From assembly GCF_009914755.1 (NCBI RefSeq), contig NC_060934.1: DNA of 64,000 nt; one strand, written 5' to 3'. The translations under genes and the position numbers were made by a program. This DNA comes from the human T2T-CHM13v2.0 reference genome, Homo sapiens. Shown one piece after another: positions 15,122-28,073 of the stretch (its first letter is position 1; every line of letters begins with the position of its first letter). Under the pieces are notes generated by a model that saw only the letters and a list, made by a program, of their open reading frames with translations, made no database searches and had not been told where the DNA came from.

Positions 15122-15368
15122 GTAGGAGATGCCACCACAGACACAGAGTTGGCGTGGCTGTTGTCATCTGAGGGACATGCATGCGTTTGTTGTTTTCTTG
15201 AGTGGAACATGTTAAATATTGTCATATCATGGGACTTCTCTTATACTTAGTATTACTAAGTTGGCTATAGCTTCAGAAAAGGGTAAGTTCCCAGAGATAA
15301 GGATGTGATAATGTTCACATTTCCTCCCAGCACTCTGGGAGGTTCCAAGGCAGGAAGATACTCGAACC

Positions 15369-15504
15369 CAGCACTCGGGCTGGAAAATCAAGCTTTGCTG
15401 CTCGATTGCGACACCAGCCACAGTCCTCTTCCTCCGTGTAGAAGGATGTGTGGTCCAGCCTCTTAAGGTGATGCTTTCCTTTTCTTCCTGGTTTCCTCCT
15501 CCAT
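15369..15504 (+). repeat. Dispersed direct repeat, copy A (136 bp; partner 29119-29254)
   Basis: Ungapped alignment with 8 mismatches. Confidence 0.95.
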
Positions 15505-15839
15505 TTTTTGTATGAGAAATGATAATGTTCACTATGTCTTATCCTGACTGCTCTTTGGCTTTGCCAAACATGTTCCTTGGAAGGGCCTAGCAGGCCTAGT
15601 CACCGTGAACACATCATTTAACAGATAGCACGCACCTCCTATGTGCCAGGTGCATATGCTTGCCTTATGAAGCCACATTCTGGTGGAAGTGCGAGTTTTC
15701 TCTTTTTCCTGTGAGAATTGTCTGCTTTGGGAGATGGTGACCTTTCCGAGTTTGAGGGAAAATGAAACAAACTTCCAGTGGTAGAATGGCAATGTACACT
15801 CTGAAATCTCTTGTTATTGCAATAATATAGTTGGATTGA

Positions 15840-16175
<336 letters not shown>

Positions 16176-16616
16176 ATATTTTCTTGACTGTTTTATTTTT
16201 ACCTTAATTTAGAAGTAATTATTGTTATGAATATTCTGTTGCATTATGTTTGAGGATGTTTGTAGCTCTAGTGGGAATACGGGAAGTTTTGATAGAGGCA
16301 AAGACATTGGGCCTGCAGCTGAACAGCAGGATCATGGTTATCATGGAGTCTGTGCAGTCAGAATTTTCCCTTTTTGAGCACTTTTATTCATCTGGGTAGA
16401 CTTTTGATGTTATTTAAATTTAGAACACAGCAAGAAAAACAGAATGGAATTTATTTTATTTTATCAGTTTTTGCCTGTAAAAATGAACTTCTTGTATGCT
16501 CCTGTAAATGTATATGATGTTTTACTGGATGCAGTTAAAAAATGAAAATTAAGAGTTGATGGTTAGAGTTTTTTCAGGGTCTTTTTAAAGTAAAATTTTC
16601 ATCTTTTCACTTATAG

Positions 16617-16696
16617 GTAAAAAGCGCAGACTCACCATTATTGAATGTGGGTGTGACATTAACATGATGATTGATCTGGCTAAAGTAGCAGATCTG
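16617..16696 (+). CDS. BMS1: BMS1 exon 4
   Basis: ttatag|GTAAAAAG...GATCTG|gtaagt; GKKRRLTIIECGCDINMMIDLAKVADL. Confidence 0.96.
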
Positions 16697-17788
16697 GTAA
16701 GTGAGCAGGGGCAGCCTGGGGTGCTGATGGAGACTTACAGCATTGTGATAGGTTATTTACCCCGTGATGAAGGGAAGAGAGTCTTATAATTATTAAAAGA
16801 ATCATGGTCATCATCAGTGATACGGTAGATATGATTGAATTGATGATAATTATGGTAATAAATGTTGTTATGTTAATAATAAAAATGGAATGTGCACAAT
16901 GAAATGTGTTCCAAAATCTAAAAGCAAATCACAGGATGGAGAAAACCTTTAATGAACACAACTAATAAGAGCTCATTAATATGTATACATATATACGTAC
17001 AAATATATCATAGTAAGTACCATTTCTTCTTGGACTCTTCCTGGCACTGTGCTAACTGCTTTCTACAAATTTAGCTTACATAAACCCTTGATACACCCTT
17101 GAGGTGAGTAGGTATTATCTGTAGTTTACATAAGATGAAATAGAGCCTGCCAGCAGTTAAGTAACTTGTGTGAAGTTGGGACCCTTGTTCCTGATGGTTC
17201 CAGAACCTTCATCCTTAATGATAATGCTGAAGTAAGTACATGAATTGCCCTGAAGAAGTGGTCAGTTTATCAATAAAAAGTCTAGACAGTCCTCAGTGTA
17301 TGGAAAATGTAAATGCTCTTGCATTTATGGAAATGATAGTGTTCACTATTCTGATAGTCTATTAACTATCTTTTAAATTAGCAAAAATAAAATGCAAATT
17401 AGCAAAAAAATAAGCCATATTGATTAGGAAGTGTGGGGTGACAGACACCTTGATTTTTTCATTTTTATTTAGTTTTTTCTAGACACCTGTTTGGTGACAG
17501 AGCTACAGATTTTATACTTTGGCCCAGGAAGACTCCTAAAATATAAAGTAAAAAGTAATACAGATTTTAAAGTTGTGCCATTGTAATGTCAGAAAACTAA
17601 ATAACATTCAAATTTTGAACATGTAATGTTAATATTAGTAAAAATAAGTGTTATTATTAACGTAGTGTAAGCTTACTAAATCTTGTATACTTGAAATGAT
17701 TGAAATAGTTCATAGAAGTCATTTGTTTCTCTTTTATTTAAAATGTAGCAAGTTTCTAATTTTAAAGACATACATATTAAGAGATACC

Positions 17789-18118
17789 TTTACTTTTTTT
17801 TATTTTTAATTATTATGGATACATAATAGTTATACATATTTATGGGGTACATGTGGTATTTTGACAGAAGCATACAATGTGTGATGATCAAATCAGGGTA
17901 ATTAGGATATCCATCACCTCAAACATTTATCATTTTTTTGTGTTAGGAACATTTCAATTTCATTCTTATAGTTATTCTGAATTATATAATAAATTATAGT
18001 CACCCTATTGTGCTGTTGAACACCAGAATTTATTCTAACTGTATTTTTGTACCTGTTAACCTTTCCCTCTTTGTCCCTCCCTCCCTGCTCCCCTTCCCAG
18101 CCTCTTAACCATCATTGA
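17789..18118 (-). mobile_element. L1MA 3'-end fragment
   Basis: TTTATGGGGTACATGTG...CAAATCAGGGTAATTAGGATATCCATCACCTCAAAC. Confidence 0.75.
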
Positions 18119-19504
18119 GAGAGATGCCCATTATGTAAATCTTTTAAAGATTTTTCAAAAGGAACACACACATTTGGTAAAGTACTCTAACTGTAATGCA
18201 GGGTGCACACAATGTGCATTTTCTTTTTCCTTAGTATAACCGCTGGTCTCTCAGATCCCTGCAGAGCAGTATCCTTTTAGATACATATAAACACACATGC
18301 CACCCTTTAAAAACAAATGGTAGCTTATTTTACACACTGTTCTATGCTTTGCTTTTTTCATATAATGTATTTTGGAGGTATATAATCAGTAAGTACTGCA
18401 GCTCTGTCTCCTTTTTAATATAATATTCCATTCTATGGAGGCACCATAATTTATTTAGCCTAGCTTATGTTGACTGCTCTGCTGTGGGTTGCCAAAGCCT
18501 CCTGTGTACAGCAAAGGCACACACAGTACGTGGATTTGGGTGTGTACAGGCGTGTGTAGATTAGGGGAATAACACTGGCTTAGATGACAAAGACTGGCAG
18601 CTGAGGGACTGTTTGCTCCCTGTTCTTCCTGACCCTACAATCAGCTGCTTGCCCCCTGGCACTCTGTGGCATCAAATGTAGTGTGAGGATATTCCGCCTG
18701 TCCTTTGAGCTGGTCCAGTGTTGCTGAAAAGCTGTGCTTGCTGCCTCAGTCCACAGTAGCAGCTGTGCTTTCTCACAAGCCCACCTTCATATATTCTGTG
18801 GTTTCGGATTTTGAATGTTTCCTAGTTTAATCAAAGATGGGCATTTCTGTTTCCATTTTTTTTGTTATTTTTAGTTATCTATGCAAAGATAAGAACAGAA
18901 ATGTTTTTAATACTTAAACTAGAAATTTCCAGGAATCAATTCTGAAATTATTTTGCATCTTTGAAGCATCTTAAATTTTAAAAATTGGTCTCATCTGCTT
19001 ATATTTTCTTATAGACTACCATTCATCGTAATCTTACTGTTTTTTTTTTTACCTAATTCTAAACTGGTAGCTATTTAAAAAAAATTTCTGAGCAATTGAG
19101 TTATCCAAATTAACATATAAGATAGAGGTTTCCACTGCATACTTCTCAACAAAAAACAGATTGTGGTTTTTTTTTCTATGAGGCGATTGAAAGAAGAGGT
19201 TGGTTTTCTGTACATATTTAATGTATTTCATTGATTATGACTCTCTTCCCATTCTTTGGATGCCAGAGACCTGTTATTTGGCTTAAAAATACCTTACAGA
19301 AAACTTGATTTCTTTAAATTAGGATTTCTTAGGTAAGGGCCAGGTTAGACCCAGCCTTTTCTGAGTTACTTCTCATACATTAAAATTCTTATAATGGAAG
19401 TTTATATCCTAGTGGACATTGTCTTATGGGTTGGCTTTTAGAGCAAGTCAGAGGGTGGTGGTTTCTCTGTCTGGGTGATGCCTGTGTAGTCATTTGATTT
19501 AGTC

Positions 19505-19715
19505 TGGAGTGCAACTTTTCCGTCCAGGGCCAGGTAGTAGATATTTTTGGCTTTGTGGATCATATCTTCTGCAGCTACTTAGCTCTGCAGTTGTAGTGCA
19601 CAGGCAGCCATAGACAATATGTAAATGAATTAATGTGGCTATGTTCCAATAAAACTTTAGTTACAAACACAGGTGATGGGCTGGATTTTGCCCGTGGCCA
19701 GTTGCCAACCCTTAG
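19505..19715. mobile_element. MER58A-like DNA transposon
   Basis: GGCAGCCATAGACAATATGTAAATGAAT...GTTCCAATAAAACTTTA...GGGCTGGATTTTGCCC. Confidence 0.75.
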
Positions 19716-19769
19716 TGTAGGTGGTCTGTTTTGGTAGTTTCTTTGAGAAATTATGTGTTCTGCTTTTAG

Positions 19770-19958
19770 GTACTGATGCTTATAGATGCCAGCTTTGGGT
19801 TTGAAATGGAAACGTTTGAGTTTCTAAACATCTGTCAAGTACATGGCTTTCCTAAAATTATGGGAGTTCTCACCCACCTCGACTCCTTCAAGCATAATAA
19901 GCAACTGAAGAAGACAAAGAAGCGATTAAAACACAGGTTCTGGACGGAAGTTTACCCG
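19770..19958 (+). CDS. BMS1: BMS1 exon 5 (G4-like THLD)
   Basis: ttttag|GTACTG...CCG|gtacga; VLMLIDASFGFEMETFEFL...WTEVYP. Confidence 0.96.
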
Positions 19959-19987
19959 GTACGAAGAGAAATAATTGTTGGATACTA

Positions 19988-20311
<324 letters not shown>

Positions 20312-20346
20312 CTAAAGAGACATTACTAAACGTCTCTCTAGGATTC

Positions 20347-20610
20347 GCCTCCTGAATTTCCTTTGTGTGTGTATTCACAGTCCCTGGCCTCCTGAATTCC
20401 TTTGTGTGTGTGTTCACAGTCTATGGACTGCTGAATTCCTTTGTGTATGTGTTCAGCCTCTGGCCTGCTGAATTCTTTTGTGTGTGTGTTCACAGTCTCT
20501 GGCCTGCTGAATTCCTTTGTGTGTGTGTTCACAGTCTCTGGCCTGCTGAATTCCCTTTGTGTATGTGTTCAGTCTTTGGCCTGCTGAATTCCTTTGTGTG
20601 TGTGTTCAGT
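20347..20610. repeat. Minisatellite, ~37-40-bp unit CTGAATTCCTTTGTGTGTGTGTTCACAGTCTCTGGCCTG, ~6.7 copies
   Basis: Direct reading of tandem units. Confidence 0.95.
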
Positions 20611-21073
20611 TTTCTGGAAGGTTTCCCTCAAAAGAGTGCTTGTTTGGGGCCTCTTGGTGTATCTCATTTGTCTCTCTCTGTACCTGCTGCACCAGGCAGT
20701 GTCTGGCTGTTTTGGGGTCAGGACTTAATAGAGTACCTCGGAAGTTTCTCCCAGTTACAGGACCAGGCACTGCCCCTTCCTTTCTATACTGCTCTGGACC
20801 ATTGGCCACAGAACCGTTTCTGTGCTCAGACGCCTCACCTCCCTCTCCTCACCATACTTAGATGGATGCCCCGGCTCGGCTGCAGAGCAGTCTGCCTCTG
20901 TGGGGTTCTAATAAATCCTGAAAGAAGCCAGCAAGGCTCTGGAAGCCTCAGGACAGTGGCTTTGCTGGAAGTCTCCCTTCTTAGGATTGCTTCTTGTTTA
21001 GAGCTTTTATTTTGTTGCAGTATTGATGATAATTTAATTGAAATTTAATTTTTAATTTTCCTCTAATGTTTAG

Positions 21074-21216
21074 GGTGCCAAGCTGTTCTACCTTTCTGGA
21101 ATGGTGCATGGAGAATATCAAAACCAAGAAATCCACAATCTGGGCCGTTTTATTACAGTTATGAAGTTTAGGCCTCTCACATGGCAAACTTCTCACCCTT
21201 ATATCCTGGCAGACAG
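21074..21216 (+). CDS. BMS1: BMS1 exon 6
   Basis: tttag|GGTGCC...GACAG|gtaaaa; GAKLFYLSG...YILADR. Confidence 0.96.
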
Positions 21217-21939
21217 GTAAAATATGATTTTAAGCTTTTTCTTCCTGGGCCATATATTTCAAAGCTAAAAAGGCTAGAAAAAGAACAGTGATAGGATTTA
21301 TTTTGTGCCGATTTGAATAGGGGGGATAGAAGTGTAGTTGATGGAAAATGTCTACTTATATCATTGCTCAAAGATGCCGTGCCTTTGGGAGTAAATTAAT
21401 TATGAGATGTTAAGGAAAATGGGAGAACTTGGAAGTATTTAAGGCTACAGGATGTGGCCCCATCCTACGTTCAGCCTCAGTTTTCAGTGATGCTGCCTTC
21501 ATGCCCGGGTGCTTGAGTCCTTCGTGTGTGCCTTCTGTTTCCTTCCTTTGTGCTCTTCCTCGTGTGGTTTTCTCAGCCTGGAATTCCCTTTTTCCACCTG
21601 CCAGAATCCAAGCCACAGTAAAAATCCCAGAGCACAGGCTCGCCCTCTTCCAGAAAGGGATTTTCTGAATATGTTCTTCACTCTTCCCCGACCCCAGGTG
21701 GACGTCATCTCCCTGTCTGGTGTCTTATGGAATGAATATCACTTTCAGCCTAGAGACACAGTTGTGTGTCTGCCCCTTTTCCTCTGGTGGATGGTGAATG
21801 GTGCCTCCTTATTTCTGCATTTTCTAGTTTTCTAAATGACGTGCTTAATGGACAAGAGTGTGATGAATCATTGACACATGAAAGGAGGTATAGGAACTTT
21901 TGGCATTCATTTCTGCTGTGATTGAATTTATTTTTCTAG

Positions 21940-22061
21940 GATGGAAGATTTGACAAACCCAGAGGATATCCGAACAAACATCAAATGTGACCGGAAGGTG
22001 TCACTTTATGGTTATTTAAGAGGAGCACACTTGAAAAATAAAAGCCAAATTCACATGCCAG
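21940..22061 (+). CDS. BMS1: BMS1 exon 7
   Basis: ttctag|GATGGAA...CCAG|gtattc; MEDLTNPE...IHMP. Confidence 0.96.
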
Positions 22062-22403
22062 GTATTCTCTTGTTGTAGAACATACTAGAATTACACATAG
22101 GATTCTTGGGATGGCTTCATTTCTCAGGAAAACTGAAAAATGACCAAACAAGGGAAGATGGCCTTGCTGGAGGTTTTAAAAGTAAGCCACCTATGTGTAG
22201 GCCTGCAAAGGTGTTACTGAATCCCCTCTTCTCTGACCTCTTGTCTTGTAGCTAGGGGGCCACTGTTCCAGTGTGGCACAATGCCCTTCTTTAGTGTTAT
22301 GGGTTAAGCCCTTGGACTGTGGATCATATTTAACCCCCTAGTCAATGGTAGATGCTTCTGACTTCTTGTCAGCTGAAGCTGGCTTTTGGGTTCTGTCTTC
22401 CAG

Positions 22404-22591
22404 GGGTAGGAGATTTTGCCGTGAGTGACATCAGTTTCCTCCCAGACCCTTGCGCTCTTCCTGAACAACAAAAGAAGCGCTGTTTAAATGAGAAGGAGAA
22501 GCTGGTTTATGCGCCTCTTTCTGGAGTTGGGGGTGTGCTGTATGACAAAGACGCTGTCTATGTTGACCTTGGTGGCAGCCACGTTTTTCAG
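22404..22591 (+). CDS. BMS1: BMS1 exon 8
   Basis: ttccag|GGGTAG...TTTCAG|gtatcg; GVGDF...GSHVFQ. Confidence 0.96.
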
Positions 22592-23298
22592 GTATCGGTG
22601 AGACGGGAGTCATTTCTCTGAACTTTCAGTATTCTTTCTGAATCTATTTTTTAATCACAAAAAGTAATGTACTCAGCTTTTATTTATTGAAGATTTTTCT
22701 CTTGTACTTATAATAAAGGCCCAAATGCATATTGTAAATATATAGGATAAAAATAATACTTTTTTTTTCATTGTACCAAGCAGAAGAGTCCTCTCCTTCA
22801 TTCCTCCTTGATCCATGGCCCCAGCACAGGCATTGCTGCTGTGTGGCGCCTGCACGGCCCATCCCCGTTTCTACAAAATCAGTGTGCTTTCCAGCTTTCA
22901 TTGGTCTTTTTCTCATTCACAATGGTCTCCTCATGCTGTATTTTAAAGCGGATTTCAAATATTTATTTCTTTGTTCTGAAGTGGAATTTTATTGGGTTAA
23001 AATCGGCTTATTTTAAAATATTAGAAAAGCTAGCATTGTTGTAGCTTTGGAGCTGAGGTTTTTCTAGCTAGGTTGTTTAGGTTATCAGGTTATATACTCC
23101 CTGAACTTTGGAAAAGTTTAATGGAGATGGGGATCCATTTCAAGCTTTGTTGTAAGGATTTTCTTCTCTGCTTTTTGAGGCATTAAGAAAGGTTCTTAGG
23201 AAATGTGTCTAAGATAATTTTGAGAAACTGAGTGAAGCTCGTGTCTCTCCAGGATCTTTGTGCTTTCCTCACGTGCCCTTTCTTGGTGGTCTTGACAG

Positions 23299-23438
23299 GA
23301 TGAAGTGGGGCCCACCCATGAGCTGGTCCAGAGTCTCATCTCTACCCACTCCACCATTGATGCCAAGATGGCTTCAAGTCGAGTGACGCTGTTTTCTGAT
23401 TCCAAGCCACTTGGGTCAGAGGATATAGATAATCAAGG
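23299..23438 (+). CDS. BMS1: BMS1 exon 9
   Basis: tgacag|GATGAA...CAAGG|gtaagt; DEVGPTHEL...DIDNQG. Confidence 0.95.
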
Positions 23439-24213
23439 GTAAGTCTGCTTTTTTTCTATTTTTAATAAAAAGATGTATTACAAAAGATCATATCACCCAT
23501 AATTCAGCCATCATAACACATTTCGGTGGGATTCATTCTATGTTGTTTTGTTTTTCTTTGTGTGTGCATGTGTCTCTGAGGGCTCTTCACTTACCTGACA
23601 TTACAAGGGAGTCTTTTCTTGAAATAAATTGCAGGATGCATTTTTCAACAGACCCCAAATATTCCTCAAATACCATGCCATCTTCCATAGGTTGCCTTTT
23701 GTTTTTTAAGAGACCTGAAGCCACTTGGCTTTCTTTTGGTGGCCAAAACACTAGAGCAAAGTCAGGGAGTTTGTGGCTGTCCAGAAGCCACATGCCTTGT
23801 CTCTGAAAGTTTTATTTAGATTGTGTTGTATTATCTCCTCTGGGTAGGTTTCCGTGGATGTATGGCTCATGTGAATTATTTTCCAGTCTGGGTTGGGGAT
23901 TTGTATACCTTTATATGCAGTGGATGTTTGCAAAACATTGGTTTTGTTGTATTGATTTATGACTCCCAGTAAAATTTATCTGAAAATTTTGAGATTATCT
24001 AGTATGTAATTTGGTACAATGTGCATAAACTACCTAGCAGAATGCCTGACAGGTACGAAGTGTTCGCCGAAAGATCACTCCTTTATAATGGGATTACTAG
24101 CTATTTTCACTTTTGCATATCCTTCTAGTCATCTTTGTCTACAAGAATACTCTCCTCTAATATAGTTACAGTTAAAATACATAATTTTATTTCTATATTA
24201 TCATTTCCTTCTT

Positions 24214-24715
24214 TTTTTTTTTTATTATACTTTAAGTTTTAGGGTACATGTGCACAATGTGCAGGTTAGTTACATATGTATACATGTGCCATGCTGGTGC
24301 GCTGCACCCACTAACTTGTCATCTAGCATTAGGTATATCTCCCAATGCTATCCCTCCCCGCTCTGCCCACCCCACAACAGTCCCCAGAGTGTGATGTTCC
24401 CCTTCCTGTGTCCATGTGTTCTCATTGTTCAATTCCCACCTATGAGTGAGAATATGCGGTGTTTGGTTTTTTGTTCTTGTGATAGTTTACTGAGAATGAT
24501 GATTTCCAATTTCATCCATGTCCCTACAAAGGACATGAACTCATCCTTTTTTATGGCTGCATAGTATTCCATGGTGTATACGTGCCACATTTTCTTAATC
24601 CAGTCTATCATTGTTGGACATTTGGGTTGGTTCCAAGTCTTTGCTATTGTGAATAGTGCGGCAATAAACATACGTTTGCATGTGTCTTTATAGCAGCATG
24701 ATTTATAGTCCTTTG
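24214..24715 (-). mobile_element. 5'-truncated young L1 (L1PA2-like)
   Basis: Near-consensus primate L1 3'UTR and ORF2 C-terminus (ORF 24429-24719); perfect 13-bp TSD TCATTTCCTTCTT. Confidence 0.9.
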
Positions 24716-24775
24716 TCATTTCCTTCTTCTATACAGTCTTTATGTAGTCATCATTTTGTTATTATTGGTGTATTC

Positions 24776-25084
<309 letters not shown>

Positions 25085-25921
25085 TAACTTACCCGTCTCT
25101 TATGGTATGATTTTCAGTTTTTTCAAATTTATGTTTTCTTAATTTTATATATCTTGCTACATTAAATAGCTTCATACAGTTTTCTTTTATCCTGTGATTT
25201 TAGCTTCCTGATGATTCTTCTGTATCAGTTATAGCACTGGTGACTTAAAATGGATGTTCTTCCTCTGTCATTCCTCCTACGTTTGTTAGCTGGCATTTTT
25301 AACAAAGAGCTTTCTCTTCTCCCCTTTATTTCGGTATCACTGCTGACTAATGCACTTGTGTTTTGTTCCATGGGTTATTTTCCATCACTATCATTATTCT
25401 TCCTGATGCCTATGCTGGCCCAGATTTGGCTGCAGGAGCCTTCAGCCTGTCTCCTGTGTCCTTTCAACTGTCTCTGTTAGTCTTTGAGCATTTCTCACTT
25501 TCTGACAGAACAAGAGGATCCAGGCTCATTTTGCCTTCTTTCTGCTTTGGGCCTGGACTTACCCATTTCTCTTAAGGATCATGTGTTTTTAGCTTAGAAA
25601 TTAATCAGCTTTCCAAAAGATCTACAAAACAGTAACTTCTCTTTTGAGCAATTTTTTTCTAAAATTAGATTTTTGTTTTTTAAGGGTTATTCCTTTATTC
25701 TCTCTATAAGTTCTTTTGAAGTGTGGTGTTAGGGAACCATGCCCGAGTTTGCTTCTTAACTCTTCCAATGTTTATCAAATCATATTTTCCCTATGCTATG
25801 TCATCTTAAACAATTCCTTGACATTTTCTATTTCTTTGTATTTTCATTGACTATATTGCCATTTCTAGATTAGCTGATTAATGTACAAATTGAATTATTT
25901 TGTATTTCCTTGGTAATACAG

Positions 25922-26679
25922 GCTAATGATGCCAAAGGAGGAAAAACAAATGGACTTGAACACTGGTCGAATGCGTCGGAAAGCCATTTTCGGAGATGAA
26001 GATGAATCTGGAGATAGTGATGATGAAGAAGATGATGAAATGTCTGAAGATGACGGGTTGGAAAACGGCTCTAGTGATGAGGAAGCAGAAGAGGAGGAAA
26101 ATGCTGAGATGACTGATCAGTATATGGCTGTTAAGGGCATCAAACGACGGAAACTTGAGTTGGAAGAAGACAGTGAAATGGATTTGCCAGCATTTGCTGA
26201 CAGTGACGATGACCTTGAGAGGAGCTCAGCGGAAGAAGGGGAAGCGGAGGAAGCTGATGAAAGCAGTGAAGAAGAGGACTGCACTGCAGGAGAGAAGGGC
26301 ATTTCAGGATCAAAGGCTGCTGGAGAAGGTAGTAAAGCAGGGCTGTCACCAGCTAATTGCCAGAGTGACCGTGTGAATCTGGAGAAGTCTTTGCTGATGA
26401 AGAAAGCAGCTCTCCCCACTTTCGATTCTGGGCATTGCACAGCTGAAGAGGTGTTTGCATCTGAAGATGAATCTGAAGAAAGCTCCTCACTCAGTGCAGA
26501 GGAAGAAGACTCAGAAAATGAAGAGGCTATTAGAAAAAAGCTTTCAAAGCCTTCTCAAGTGAGCAGTGGTCAGAAACTGGGGCCACAGAACTTCATTGAT
26601 GAGACCAGTGATATAGAAAATTTACTCAAAGAGGAAGAAGATTACAGGGAAGAAAATAATGATTCCAAAGAAACGTCAG
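25922..26679 (+). CDS. BMS1: BMS1 exon 10 (758 nt, acidic low-complexity region)
   Basis: atacag|GCTAATG...TCAG|gtaagc; ORF track 25926-26711. Confidence 0.97.
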
Positions 26680-26869
26680 GTAAGCTTAAATGTAGTTGGT
26701 TGCTGCTATGAACTTGGCTCTCGAAATGGTAACCAAAGGAATGTCTACATTTAGGGGTCTGTTGATTCTGTGATTTTGTTAACTGTTGAAAAGCTGCATT
26801 GTGGATGGATCTCAAGGGAGGGGAGACACATGAATAAGCCTAACTGGAGGTTGGCATTGGTCGTTTCAG

Positions 26870-26971
26870 GTGCCCTCAAGTGGAAGGAAGACCTTTCCAG
26901 AAAGGCAGCTGAGGCCTTTCTGAGGCAGCAGCAAGCAGCTCCAAACCTCCGAAAGCTTATTTATGGGACAG
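26870..26971 (+). CDS. BMS1: BMS1 exon 11
   Basis: tttcag|GTGCC...ACAG|gtaaag; ALKWKEDL...LIYGT. Confidence 0.96.
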
Positions 26972-27915
26972 GTAAAGAATTCTGGTTCAGAACTAGAAAT
27001 GTTTTAGTTTCTCTGATTATTTAGATGAGGGAATTGGTTGGAGGATTCGGCTGGTATTGTTGACATCCATAATTGCTGTCCATCACATTTCATATTTGAC
27101 AGATGTCTCTAATCATCAGCTTATGAGGACCACACATTGGTCTTATAAAGTAGACTTATGGGTTTGCTGTAAAACTTGATGCAAATACCGTCCATTGCAT
27201 CATGTTATGTCCCCTATTTAAAAGTCCTTCATGAGAATTTTTTTGTAGATTAGTGCCAGAAAAATATTCCTGCCCATAAAAATATTTATTTTTTTCCTTT
27301 CTGAGAATGAGAACCCTGTATAACACATTTTGTTCTCCCTTTTGCCCTTGTCCTCTGATTTTATGCTTTACTAAACTTACCAATATGTTCTTTCTGGTAG
27401 AATTAATGCAAAAATAAATATATAGTGGTGAACTTTACATTGTGCTCCCTGGTTACTGCATGGTGAGATCAAGGCCACATGGTGAGACATTTGGGCTCAG
27501 CCCACTGAATTGGGAAGGTTGTTGTATACTGATTTTCATTCAGGTTTTGTCTAGGTACTCTTAGTGATGAGAGGCTCAACACTCTTTAGAGCTCTTCTTT
27601 AATAATCTAAAGCTCTGCCTTTAAATTCCCTTCCCTCCCTTCACCGCTAATATTCTCACTCCTCGGCCTCTTAGCTGCTCCCGTGCAGGAGCACAGGAGC
27701 CCCACACATGTAGAGCAATAGCTTCCTGGCTCTCTTCATCTGTGGCTGCCCTGCCCTCTCAATGCCTAACTCTTATGTGGCCATTGCCATACCCACCACA
27801 GACAGAGTCCCTCAGTTCCTGAGTTCAAAGACTCATGGCCTAACTGGTTGAAAATGATGAGTCCTCTAGGGCTGTAATTTTTGTTCTCACTTTTCTGCCA
27901 TGGTGTGCTCTTTAG

Positions 27916-28073
27916 TGACAGAAGATAATGAAGAAGAAGATGATGATACTCTAGAAGAGCTTGGAGGGTTGTTTCGTGTCAACCAGCCTGACAGAGAGTG
28001 TAAGCACAAGGCTGACTCTTTGGACTGCTCCAGATTTCTTGTGGAGGCCCCCCATGACTGGGATTTAGAGGAG
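27916..28073 (+). CDS. BMS1: BMS1 exon 12
   Basis: ctttag|TGACA...GAG|gtaagt; VTEDNEEE...WDLEE. Confidence 0.96.

Noticed and set aside
16761-16826. Possible sense intronic box C/D snoRNA (GTGATGA with CCGT/ACGG ends); similar box C hits near 21859, 52336 and 60113
   Set aside because: No correctly spaced CTGA box D and no recognisable rRNA guide
20347-20610. CRISPR-like appearance of the repeat array
   Set aside because: Units are contiguous with no unique spacers; eukaryotic context and no cas genes
20365-21048. 227-aa ORF in intron 5
   Set aside because: Open frame is produced by the stop-poor minisatellite; repetitive peptide
26117-26440. Ser-rich antisense ORF over exon 10
   Set aside because: Mirror of GAA/GAT-rich coding sequence
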